NCBI GenBank assembly: GCA_021648085.1 | Contig: JAKITS010000001.1 | Location: 260,948-324,947, forward strand | DNA length: 64,000 nucleotides | Direction: 5' to 3' | DNA from: Candidatus Magasanikiibacteriota bacterium | Lineage (GTDB): Bacteria; Patescibacteriota; Patescibacteriia; Magasanikbacterales; UBA922 | Part shown: positions 56,260 to 64,000 of the stretch, one piece after another | Layout: every line of letters begins with the position of its first letter | Numbering within the stretch: the first letter of the stretch is position 1 | Translations under genes and position numbers: made by a program | Notes under the pieces: model-generated | What the model saw: only the letters and a program-made list of their open reading frames with translations | Databases searched by the model: none | What the model was told of the DNA's origin: nothing

Positions 56260-56631
56260 TTATTTTACGTATTTTTTTACTTCTTTTACAAGGTCTAGTA
56301 GTGAGACATCTGTTTTTATAAAATACCCTTTTACACTTTTGTATCCTTTTACTTTTTTTTCGTCTTCAGTTTGGCTTAAGTTTGTGGATACCAAAACAGG
56401 AACATGTACATGGCGTTTTTTCATTTTTTCTAAAACAGTAAAACCATCGATTTTGGGTAAAATTAAATCTAAAATCATTAGGTCATACTTTCCTTTTTTT
56501 AGATCTTTCAACGCTTCCGCGCCATCGTAAGCTATTACAGGTTCAAATCCAGATTTTTTTAGTTTTAACGCCAATGCTTTTGCGAGTGGTTTGTGGTCTT
56601 CTGTGATTAAAATTTTTTTCTTTTTATGCAT
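56260..56631 (-). CDS. Single-domain response regulator (REC/CheY-like)
   Basis: ILITEDH acidic pocket, phospho-acceptor DLMILDLILP, conserved T/S and K positions; 123 aa, directly upstream of pilB on the same strand. Confidence 0.75.
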   Translation of the reverse strand: MHKKKKILITEDHKPLAKALALKLKKSGFEPVIAYDGAEALKDLKKGKYDLMILDLILPKIDGFTVLEKMKKRHVHVPVLVSTNLSQTEDEKKVKGYKSVKGYFIKTDVSLLDLVKEVKKYVK

Positions 56632-56719
56632 AAAATTTATATTAACTACATTATAACATAAATTGTGGAAGCTTTAAATTACTTGAATTTTCTCTTGTGG
56701 ATATGTTATAATTTATCGT

Positions 56720-57973
56720 ATGAGAAAAGGACTTATATTTTTATTTATTTTTTTGGTTGGCTTGATAGCTTTGCCTATTTTTGTATTTTCACAAGAAGAA
56801 GAATCAGAGAATATGCAGGAAGAGGTGGTTTCAGCAGAAGTTGAAATGTTAAACCAACGAATAAAAGAAAAGCAAGATAAGATAAAACAAATAGAAAAAA
56901 GTATTGCAAATTATAAAAATAAAATAAAGTCAAAAAGATTAGAAGCTATTTCACTTTCAAACCAGATGTCTATTTTGGATAATAGGGTGGCTCAAGTAGA
57001 GTTAGACATAGAGTTTACAAAAGAAAAATTAGATGTTTTAAATTTAGAAATAGAACAGTTAGAGTTGTCAATTTATGAAAATAAAGAGGTAATGGATAGG
57101 CAAAAAATTATGATCGCAGAGCTTATACGAACCCTCCATCAAAATAAAGATAGAAATTTTATAGAAGTTTTGGCTACTTACAATTCTTTTTCAGAGTTTT
57201 ACAATGGTTTGCAGTATCTAGAAACAGTAGAAGAAGGTTTGGGGCAAAGCGTCTATTCATTAAAAGTTGCAAAAGTACAATTAGATGAAAAAAAAGACGA
57301 AAGAGAAACCAAAAAAGATAGCTATTTAAAGTTAAACGATAAATTACAAGAAAAAAAGAAAGATTTGGAAGAGAATGTGTTTAATAAAGAGACATTACTT
57401 GTTCAAACAAAAGCGTCTGAAAGAACATTTAAAACCTTGGTCGGCAACCTAAGAAGTCAATACGAGCAAATAGAAGGTGAGATACAAGGAATTGAAGAGC
57501 AAATGCGTAAAAAATTGGAAGGAGGAAATAAACTGGAAAATATAAATACAGGAGGTAATTTTATGTTGTCATGGCCAGTTCCCAGTAGGTATGTCACCTC
57601 TTATTTTCATGATCCAGACTATCCATACCGACATGTTTTTGAGCATAATGCTATAGATATTAGAGCAAGCCAAGGTACACCACTTAAGGCTGCTGCAGCT
57701 GGGTATGTAGCAAAAGCCAGAAGGTGTTACGCATCTACTTGTTATAGTTATATTATGATTATTCACTCCGGAGGCTTTACTACTGTGTATGGTCATCCTA
57801 GTAGTATATCAGTAAATGTAGATCAGTTTGTTGCAAAAGGGGACATAATAGGCTATTCTGGAGGAACACCAGGTACAAATGGTGCCGGACCTTTTGTAAC
57901 TGGACCTCACCTACACTTTGAATTGCGAAAAAATGGTATTCCTGTAAATCCGTTGGCTTATTTGCCACACTAA
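56720..57973 (+). CDS. M23 family peptidoglycan metalloendopeptidase with N-terminal coiled coil (EnvC/LytM-like)
   Basis: Signal/TM, long coiled coil, C-terminal HNAIDI...D...HLHFE M23 zinc-ligand motifs. Confidence 0.8.
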   Translation: MRKGLIFLFIFLVGLIALPIFVFSQEEESENMQEEVVSAEVEMLNQRIKEKQDKIKQIEKSIANYKNKIKSKRLEAISLSNQMSILDNRVAQVELDIEFTKEKLDVLNLEIEQLELSIYENKEVMDRQKIMIAELIRTLHQNKDRNFIEVLATYNSFSEFYNGLQYLETVEEGLGQSVYSLKVAKVQLDEKKDERETKKDSYLKLNDKLQEKKKDLEENVFNKETLLVQTKASERTFKTLVGNLRSQYEQIEGEIQGIEEQMRKKLEGGNKLENINTGGNFMLSWPVPSRYVTSYFHDPDYPYRHVFEHNAIDIRASQGTPLKAAAAGYVAKARRCYASTCYSYIMIIHSGGFTTVYGHPSSISVNVDQFVAKGDIIGYSGGTPGTNGAGPFVTGPHLHFELRKNGIPVNPLAYLPH

Positions 57974-57991
57974 ACAAGGAGGAAAGAGGAG

Positions 57992-58369
57992 ATGATAAAA
58001 AAGTTCTTTTTGAATTTACTTACTGTTATTAGTTATAAATTTTTTATTATAAAAAGATTATTTAAACGAAATAAAAAACAACTTCTAACTATATCAGAAG
58101 TTAAAGTTGGATATACTATTGATTGGGCAGATAATTTCAAAGAATGGGCTGAAAAAAGGTATGGTGCTGGATCTTTTAAGGTTTTAGACATAAAAGAAAA
58201 TAACTTAATGACGCGTAGGGTGATAAGAAGCGGAGAACTTTTAAATAAAACTCCATTATGTTTTTTGATAAAAATATGTGGAGGCAGTGTAAGAGAAAAG
58301 GGGGAGAGGTTATGGTTTGAAGGGGATTTCTTTTTTGGAAAAGAAATCTTTATTTACACTAAAGTATAA
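57992..58369 (+). CDS. Hypothetical protein
   Basis: Strong AAGGAGGAAAGAGGAG RBS; 125 aa; followed by a terminator. Confidence 0.4.
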   Translation: MIKKFFLNLLTVISYKFFIIKRLFKRNKKQLLTISEVKVGYTIDWADNFKEWAEKRYGAGSFKVLDIKENNLMTRRVIRSGELLNKTPLCFLIKICGGSVREKGERLWFEGDFFFGKEIFIYTKV

Positions 58370-58374
58370 AAGCA

Positions 58375-58408
58375 AAACCCAGATAAGTAAAAGTCTGGGT
58401 TTTTTTTG
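58375..58408 (+). terminator. Rho-independent terminator
   Basis: AAACCCAGA-TAAGTAAAAG-TCTGGGTTT hairpin followed by TTTTTTT. Confidence 0.65.
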
Positions 58409-58548
58409 TATACAAAATGTATAGCGTCGTACAATAAAAAATAGTTTAGCTGTTGGGGGAAGTTGGGTGGTGTATTTTTTAGTTTATTTACTAGTAAAAA
58501 ATATAAAATATATAAATAATAAACTTATTTCTATATAAAACTGCCTTA

Positions 58549-58582
58549 ATTGTAAATAAAAAAATATTTTTTTATTTACAAT
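58549..58582. other. 34-nt perfect AT-rich palindrome
   Basis: ATTGTAAATAAAAAAATATTTTTTTATTTACAAT is its own reverse complement (checked base by base); lies in a 425-bp non-coding gap between convergent genes. Confidence 0.6.
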
Positions 58583-58671
58583 ATTGTTAAATGACTTTTA
58601 TATTCTTGTTCTAGAAAAGAAAGTTTTAAATAAAGATGAATATTTACACCCATACTCTGAAGAGGTGTATT

Positions 58672-58709
58672 ATAGAGTGTCGTATAATATACATTGTGCG
58701 ACACTCTAT
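58672..58709. other. 11-bp perfect inverted repeat with 16-nt loop
   Basis: ATAGAGTGTCG ... CGACACTCTAT with loop TATAATATACATTGTG, in the same non-coding gap. Confidence 0.5.
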
Positions 58710-58795
58710 CTTTCTTTGTTTTGAGCTTCTTAAGTCTTCTTCTGGGGGGAAAGAAAGATTTGTATGTTTTATTTTTTTATACATACCTCTCTTTT

Positions 58796-59746
58796 TTACT
58801 TCCAGTATGCTCTTCCTTTATACCTCAGGTCTATATATTCCAAACCTTCTGTATGGTTTTTTATTTCTTTGTCTAATAGTACAACTAGTTGATTGTATTG
58901 AGTATTTATATCACGCACCAAAGAAGCATACAGCCTCCAACCTTCCCCTGTTTTTATAACAATATTTCCCAATTCATTTTCAATTTCAACATATTCTAAT
59001 GTTATACCAGAATATTCGTATAAAAGATCATACCACGCTATAACACCGCGCACCGTTTCTTTTTTAAGTACTTTTTGATTTATATTTGAATCTACTCCCC
59101 TCTTATCATATATTATTGGATAATCTCCCATTTCATCTATTATTTCTTTTTTACTCAAAATATGCTCTCTATTTATCTCAAGTTCTTCCACAGTCTCTTC
59201 TCCAAGCTCATTCGTAGAGCTTGTAGTCTCTGTGGTTATTAACCACTCATCTTCCCCAACCTGCCTTATCTTATCTACTACAACACCGTCCAGTCCTATA
59301 AATGAGTAGTTTAAACCGTTATCATAAATAATAGTAGATATTTTTTCTTCTATTCTTATAAATATTTTATTTGGAAAATTTTTCTCAACCACAATAGATT
59401 TTATCGGAAATTTATTTGTTAAAATATCTCTTATTTCGCGTACATTTATAAGAAAATAATTTTTTGCTGGAATTACAAAAAATTTGTCATAATTCATTAT
59501 TGCATCCACAGTTTCTTGAATTTCTTTTTCTTCTATGCGTTCCAGTCCTACAATATGGATAAACCTTACTTGAAAAAAAGAGTGGAAAAAAAGTAGTTTA
59601 AAAGTAAAAACTATACTGAGTACTATAATTAAGAACCCTATTTTTTGTGGAATAGAATTTTCTTTTTTTTTCTGTTTAAACGGATTAGAACTACTATTTT
59701 TTTTATTATTAAATTTATAGATCTTCCGTTTTTTTTGAGCTACCAT
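58796..59746 (-). CDS. ftsQ: Cell division protein FtsQ/DivIB-like (POTRA domain)
   Basis: Basic N-terminus, single TM, then a POTRA-like block (VRFIHIVGLERIEEKEIQE) and beta-rich C-terminal domain; adjacent to murF. Confidence 0.6.
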   Translation of the reverse strand: MVAQKKRKIYKFNNKKNSSSNPFKQKKKENSIPQKIGFLIIVLSIVFTFKLLFFHSFFQVRFIHIVGLERIEEKEIQETVDAIMNYDKFFVIPAKNYFLINVREIRDILTNKFPIKSIVVEKNFPNKIFIRIEEKISTIIYDNGLNYSFIGLDGVVVDKIRQVGEDEWLITTETTSSTNELGEETVEELEINREHILSKKEIIDEMGDYPIIYDKRGVDSNINQKVLKKETVRGVIAWYDLLYEYSGITLEYVEIENELGNIVIKTGEGWRLYASLVRDINTQYNQLVVLLDKEIKNHTEGLEYIDLRYKGRAYWK

Positions 59747-59780
59747 ATTCTGAAGTTATTGAATTTAATAATAGAAGTTG

Positions 59781-61361
59781 TTAGGTGTATTTTTTTATAT
59801 CTTTGTCAGCTAAGATTTCTTTATAGACTTCTTCTGGTAATCTATGTTCAAGTAAAATAACATTTTTATTTTGTTTTAATTTTTTTATATACCTTGTAAG
59901 TTTTTTCTTGTCTAGTTTATAATACATTTTAACCTCTTTTTCATTTATGCCAGCCTCAAAAAGATGTGCCGGTTTTTTTGTTGTGAGAATAATTTTATCT
60001 GCATATTTAGTCATATATTCACCAACTTCTTTGTGTTTTTCTTTTGTCTTTCTTCCAAGCTCAAACATTCCTTTTGCAATAACTATTTTGGTATAAGAGT
60101 TATTAAAAATTTCCAGTGTTTTTAGTGCTGTTTTAAAGCCTACTGGGTTTGAATTATAGCTATCGTCTATGATTATAGATTTTCCATACCTCATTAACTT
60201 CATAGTTCTATCCGGTACGGTTATTTTACTACAAGCTTCAATAATATTTTTTTTATCAACTCCAAATGAAACCGCAGCCAAAATAGACGCACCTAAATTG
60301 TAAGCTTGGTGTTTTCCTAAAATTGGAGATGTTATTTTCCAATTTTCTTTATTTATTTTAAAATTTATCTCTATCCCCTTTTCTGTTTCAATAACTTTTT
60401 TTATTAAACAATTTGGTTTGTTTTCTAAGTTTGCACCAAAAGTCCGTACTTTTGATCGCACTTTTGGTAAAAGTTCTTTTATATATTCGTTGTCTATGTT
60501 TGCAATTGAAATCCCCTTTTTTGGTATGGCATGTAATAGTTCAAATTTTGCATGTTGTATATTTTTTATTGTTTTAAAAAGTACCAAATGTTGCTCTATT
60601 ATTGTTGTTAATATGCCTACAGTTGGCTTTGTTATTTTTGTCATTATCTTTATTTCACCTTTTCCGTAAGATCCCATTTCTACCACAAAAATATCATAAC
60701 TACTAAAATCTGTTTGTAATATAAATTTTGCTATTCCCATTTCTGTATTTATATTTTTTGGCGTATGAATTACATTGAATTTTTTTTCTAGAATTTGAGA
60801 CAAAAATACTTTTACAGTAGTTTTTCCATAGCTTCCTGTAATTCCAACCACTTTTAATCTTTTATAGTTACGCATTTTTTCTGTTGCTTTTTTAATGTAA
60901 TAATTTTTTAACAAAACAGAAAATGGCCATAAAATAATAGAAGTCAAGATAAAAATAAACGGTCTAAAAAGTAAAATAACTAAAGCTAAAGGGCTTCCTA
61001 AAAGAAAAATAAAAACAATAGTTTCAACAATTGTTGGCAATAGAAGAGTTAAAAACGATCTAAATGTGAAGGTCGGTAGACTTTTTCTTAAGAAAGAGAT
61101 AAGTCTATAAACTATATCTACTATTAGCATTATTGCAATTATTTGCAATATGTTTTCAGAAAAGTTTGGATTAAAAATTAAAAAAAGAGCCGTAATCTTC
61201 CAAAAAAAATGAAGTTTTGAAAATGATTTTATACCACCTCTGGAGAAGAAATAATCTTTTGTTCTATCCAGTCTGTAATCGGCAAACTGAAGAATTGAGG
61301 TGTGCTCAGCATATTCCAATAAGGCACTAAAAAATAATAAAAAAGTTATTATTGTTTGCAT
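59781..61361 (-). CDS. murF: MurF (UDP-MurNAc-tripeptide--D-Ala-D-Ala ligase) fused to an N-terminal polytopic membrane domain
   Basis: Mur-ligase P-loop VGITGSYGKTTVK, central and C-terminal Mur ligase domains with MurF-type DDSYNSNP. The first ~165 aa are 4-5 hydrophobic helices instead of the usual soluble N-terminal domain. Confidence 0.7.
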   Translation of the reverse strand: MQTIITFLLFFSALLEYAEHTSILQFADYRLDRTKDYFFSRGGIKSFSKLHFFWKITALFLIFNPNFSENILQIIAIMLIVDIVYRLISFLRKSLPTFTFRSFLTLLLPTIVETIVFIFLLGSPLALVILLFRPFIFILTSIILWPFSVLLKNYYIKKATEKMRNYKRLKVVGITGSYGKTTVKVFLSQILEKKFNVIHTPKNINTEMGIAKFILQTDFSSYDIFVVEMGSYGKGEIKIMTKITKPTVGILTTIIEQHLVLFKTIKNIQHAKFELLHAIPKKGISIANIDNEYIKELLPKVRSKVRTFGANLENKPNCLIKKVIETEKGIEINFKINKENWKITSPILGKHQAYNLGASILAAVSFGVDKKNIIEACSKITVPDRTMKLMRYGKSIIIDDSYNSNPVGFKTALKTLEIFNNSYTKIVIAKGMFELGRKTKEKHKEVGEYMTKYADKIILTTKKPAHLFEAGINEKEVKMYYKLDKKKLTRYIKKLKQNKNVILLEHRLPEEVYKEILADKDIKKYT

Positions 61362-61408
61362 ATGAAGTTTTTATAATTTTAAAACTATTTTGTATAACAA
61401 AGCAAAAA

Positions 61409-62662
61409 TTATTTTCTTTCAATTTTTTCTTTCCCTATATATTTTTGCAGTACTTTCGGAATCAATATACTACCGTCTTCTTGTTGTAAGTTTTCTAAGA
61501 TTGCAATTGGAAACCTTGATGCTACTATTGCAGTTCCGTTTAGCGTATGTACAAATTCTGTCGATCCGTCTTCTTTTTTGTATTTTATATTTAGTCTGCG
61601 AGCCTGATAGTCTGTGCAATTGCTAGCGCTTGTAATTTCACCATAACCACCGTTTTCACCTACCATATTCATATAAGCTTCTATATCGTATTTTCTGTAT
61701 GCTGGTGCTCCTAAGTCTCCAGTTGGGATGTCTATTACTCTGTATGGAATTTCCAAACCATCACATATTTTCTGCTCCATCTCTAATAATTCTTGATGTA
61801 TTTTTTCACTTTCCTCTGGTTTGCAAAATACAAACATTTCTAGTTTTGTAAATTGATGAACTCGGTAGATTCCTTTACTTGTTCTGCCGTAAGCCCCAGC
61901 TTCTTTACGGAAACAATGAGAAAGTCCAGCATATTTTATAGGGCCATTTGATAAATCTATAGTTTCATTTGCGTGATATCCTGCTAAAGGAATTTCTGCT
62001 GTTCCAATTAAATTCAACTCTTCATTTTCTATTTTATAAATTTGATCTTCTTCTCCACGAGGATTAAAACCAGCACCCTCCAAAATTTCAGTCTTTGCCA
62101 AGTCTGGTGTAATCATTAAATCGAAATTATAATCTTGCAGAATTTCCAAACCATATGAAATTAAAGCTCTTTCTAATAAAACTGCATCATTTTTAAGAAA
62201 ATACCATTTTGATCCAGCAATTTTTGCTCCACGCTCAAAATCTATCATATTCAAATTTTCCATCAACTCATCGTGATTTTTTGCGTCAAAACTAAAATTT
62301 GGTTTTTCACCTTTTATCTCCAAAACTTTAAAATCTTCCTCCCCTCCTCTGGGAGTTTTTGGATGAATTAAGTTTGGGACTCTTTTGTACAAATCAAAAT
62401 AATCCACGTCAACAAGTTCTAATTCTGTTTCTAGTCCTTTAATCTCCAAACCAACCCTCTTTAATTCTTCAATTTCCTCTGGTGTTGGTTTACTCTTCGA
62501 ACCTTTATTTCTAGAAGCTCTTTTATCTTCTAATTTTACTATAATGCCCCTTCTTTTTTTATCTACATCTAGCAATCTATCTATATCCAAGTCCACAAAA
62601 CGATCTTTCACATTTTGTTTTATCAAATCTATATTTTTACGAATAAAGTTTATATCTAACAT
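61409..62662 (-). CDS. serS: Serine--tRNA ligase
   Basis: N-terminal coiled-coil arm, class II motifs 1-3 (...FRKEAGAYGRTSKGIYRVHQFTKLE..., GYGEITSASNCTDYQARRL). Confidence 0.9.
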   Translation of the reverse strand: MLDINFIRKNIDLIKQNVKDRFVDLDIDRLLDVDKKRRGIIVKLEDKRASRNKGSKSKPTPEEIEELKRVGLEIKGLETELELVDVDYFDLYKRVPNLIHPKTPRGGEEDFKVLEIKGEKPNFSFDAKNHDELMENLNMIDFERGAKIAGSKWYFLKNDAVLLERALISYGLEILQDYNFDLMITPDLAKTEILEGAGFNPRGEEDQIYKIENEELNLIGTAEIPLAGYHANETIDLSNGPIKYAGLSHCFRKEAGAYGRTSKGIYRVHQFTKLEMFVFCKPEESEKIHQELLEMEQKICDGLEIPYRVIDIPTGDLGAPAYRKYDIEAYMNMVGENGGYGEITSASNCTDYQARRLNIKYKKEDGSTEFVHTLNGTAIVASRFPIAILENLQQEDGSILIPKVLQKYIGKEKIERK

Positions 62663-63261
62663 ATTTGTGTTTGTAAATATTCTTTCATTTTTCTTATTGC
62701 TTGCCCGCGGTGACTTATTTCATTTTTTTCCTCCAAACTGAGATCATCGTATATTTTGTTTAGCTTTGGCACAAAAAATATAGGATCGTATCCAAAACCA
62801 GTCTTTATTATAGCAGGATATTCTTCAGAAATTAAACCATTTACTTTCCCCAATACAGATTTACTAGTTTTTGTGTTTGGATCGTAAAAAGTAATCACAG
62901 TTCTAAAACTAGCGTTTCTTTTGCTTAAGTCTATTCCTTTAAGTTTTTCTAAAACAAGATCACACTTTTCTTTGTGTGAATCAGCAACTCTAGCACTATG
63001 CACTCCAGGCCAACCATCCAAATCATTTACAAAAAGTCCACTGTCATCTGCCAAAGTATTCAATCCTGTTTTTTCTGCATAATACTTTGCTTTAAGTAAT
63101 GAATTTCCTTCCAATGTCTCTTCTGTTTCTTCTGGGTCTTCTATTTCAAAATTCAAATCATCGAGAAAAATAAAATCAAAATATTCGAAGTTTTCAAACT
63201 CTTTTTTAATTTCTTCAATTTTATTTTTATTTGTTGTTGCAATTAGAAGTTTTGTTACCAT
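62656..63261 (-). CDS. rdgB: Non-canonical purine NTP pyrophosphatase (RdgB/HAM1 family)
   Basis: N-terminal LLIATTNKNKIEE and C-terminal FGYDPIF / SHRGQA signatures of the Maf/Ham1 fold. Confidence 0.8.
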   Translation of the reverse strand: MVTKLLIATTNKNKIEEIKKEFENFEYFDFIFLDDLNFEIEDPEETEETLEGNSLLKAKYYAEKTGLNTLADDSGLFVNDLDGWPGVHSARVADSHKEKCDLVLEKLKGIDLSKRNASFRTVITFYDPNTKTSKSVLGKVNGLISEEYPAIIKTGFGYDPIFFVPKLNKIYDDLSLEEKNEISHRGQAIRKMKEYLQTQIC

Positions 63262-63661
63262 ATTTTTTTATAAGATGTGTTTTTAGTCGCTTTTCTTTGA
63301 AAGATTTTAGTCTAACAATTTTACTATTTATACTTTCTTTTTCAAGATAACCTTCTAAGTTATTCACAAACATTTTTTGGTCATAACCTAGTGCAATGAT
63401 ATTAGGTTTTTGTTCTAATATCACTTTATAAACATATTTTTTACTTCCAAATACAACCTTATCAACCAATTTTATATTTTCCATTATTTCTTTTCTTTCG
63501 TTTTCTGTATGGAAACATCTAGATTTTTTTATTTTTTCTACATTTTTGTCTCTTGCTATAACTACAATTAAATAATTTCCTAGTTTTTTTGCTTGTTGAA
63601 GCATTTTCAAATGTCCAAAATGTATCAGATCAAAAGTGCCAAAAACCATTACCTTTTTCAT
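63227..63661 (-). CDS. Cytidylyltransferase-like nucleotidyltransferase (HxGH family)
   Basis: VFGTFDLIHFGH (HxGH motif) at N-terminus; start taken at MKKVMVFG rather than the longest ORF. Confidence 0.6.
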   Translation of the reverse strand: MKKVMVFGTFDLIHFGHLKMLQQAKKLGNYLIVVIARDKNVEKIKKSRCFHTENERKEIMENIKLVDKVVFGSKKYVYKVILEQKPNIIALGYDQKMFVNNLEGYLEKESINSKIVRLKSFKEKRLKTHLIKKYGNKTSNCNNK

Positions 63662-63663
63662 AA

Positions 63664-64000
63664 TTATTCTTGCTCCGGTTTCATAAGTGGAAACAGTACA
63701 CAATCTCTCACTGGCTTATCTTCAAAAAAAGCAAAGAACCTTTCTGACAATCCAAAACCTGTTGTTGGAGGCATTCCGTGTTCCAGAGCTTCTATAAAAT
63801 CTGCGTCGTACATATGAGCCTCATCATCTCCCCCTTCTCTCATTTCTAGTTGTTTCTTAAATCTTTCTTTTTGGTCTATCGGATCGTTTAACTCCGAGTA
63901 TCCATTTCCAAGCTCACTCCCTGCTACAATAATTTGAAATCTTTCTGTTAGCTCCCTGTCATCTTCTTTTCTTTTTGCTAAAGCCGAGACTTGAACTGGA
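63664..64000 (-). CDS. lysS: Lysine--tRNA ligase (class II), C-terminal part; 5' end outside window
   Basis: Reverse-strand translation reads ...IVAGSELGNGYSELNDPIDQ... (motif 3) and EALEHGMPPTTGFGLSERF, the LysRS class II C-terminal signature. Stop codon is complement of 63664-63666. Confidence 0.7.
   Translation of the reverse strand, partial: PVQVSALAKRKEDDRELTERFQIIVAGSELGNGYSELNDPIDQKERFKKQLEMREGGDDEAHMYDADFIEALEHGMPPTTGFGLSERFFAFFEDKPVRDCVLFPLMKPEQE

Noticed and set aside
58636-58959. ORFs 58636-58959 and 58694-58876 in the long intergenic gap.
   Set aside because: Translations are Leu/Phe-rich low-complexity with no RBS. The downstream part overlaps the 3' end of the ftsQ-like gene. 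Treated as non-coding.
1-64000. Search for tRNA, rRNA, tmRNA/RNase P/SRP-like motifs, CRISPR arrays, integrases and transposases.
   Set aside because: I found no GGTTCGAATCC-type T-arm motifs or regularly spaced direct repeats. No recombinase or transposase motifs were recognised by eye. Absence is not proven without covariance-model scans.

Overview
This is a low-GC, gene-dense bacterial window of mostly short genes with overlapping or touching ends and many clean rho-independent terminators. The gene content is: four aminoacyl-tRNA synthetases (gltX, metG, serS, partial lysS); fmt-def-priA; recQ; tatD; rsmI; a complete SUF/ISC Fe-S assembly locus; a glycan-synthesis cluster; and a type IV pilus operon with many pseudopilins. 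This fits a reduced Patescibacteria (CPR)-like genome, which is inference from gene content only. I found no rRNA, tRNA, CRISPR array, transposase or integrase by eye.

SUF locus (4.9-11.8 kb): Rrf2 regulator, NifS/IscS, SufB, SufD, SufS, SufU, SufC, SufT, then two ferredoxins. Two palindromic GATAA/TTATC-type sites sit in its divergent promoter.

Glycan cluster (12.4-25.2 kb): WecB/TagA glycosyltransferase, MFS transporter, flippase, GT4, GT2 and an O-antigen-ligase-like protein. It is interrupted by a visibly more AT-rich type II restriction-modification pair: a gamma-class N6-adenine methyltransferase plus a putative PD-(D/E)xK endonuclease.

A conserved ~125-130 bp structured intergenic repeat occurs twice, at 20.0 kb and 37.1 kb.

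Homopolymer frameshifts split two genes: a HicA/YcfA-like toxin at 3.7 kb and a dgt-like HD dGTPase at 43.7-44.8 kb (two shifts).

Accessory-looking stretch (43.2-47.7 kb): next to the frameshifted dgt sit an uncharacterised 425-aa Pol-beta-superfamily nucleotidyltransferase, convergent and overlapping with a DEDDh 3'-5' exonuclease, followed by two orphan small genes.

Pilus operon (49.3-56.6 kb, minus strand): REC-only response regulator, pilB, pilC, four minor pilins, major pilin. Unusual features:
- a PilC with a C-terminal SH3b-like extension;
- a 531-aa pseudopilin built from three tandem ~126-aa repeats (near-identical at DNA level), whose 'SWTGGDP' module also occurs in a neighbouring PilX-like protein.

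Other oddities:
- a PriA homolog without a Walker A motif;
- a MurF fused to an N-terminal membrane domain;
- a DacC-like carboxypeptidase with four N-terminal repeats;
- a 34-nt perfect palindrome in a long convergent intergenic region;
- a perfect TTGTCAAT-N4-ATTGACAA palindrome forming back-to-back -35 boxes.
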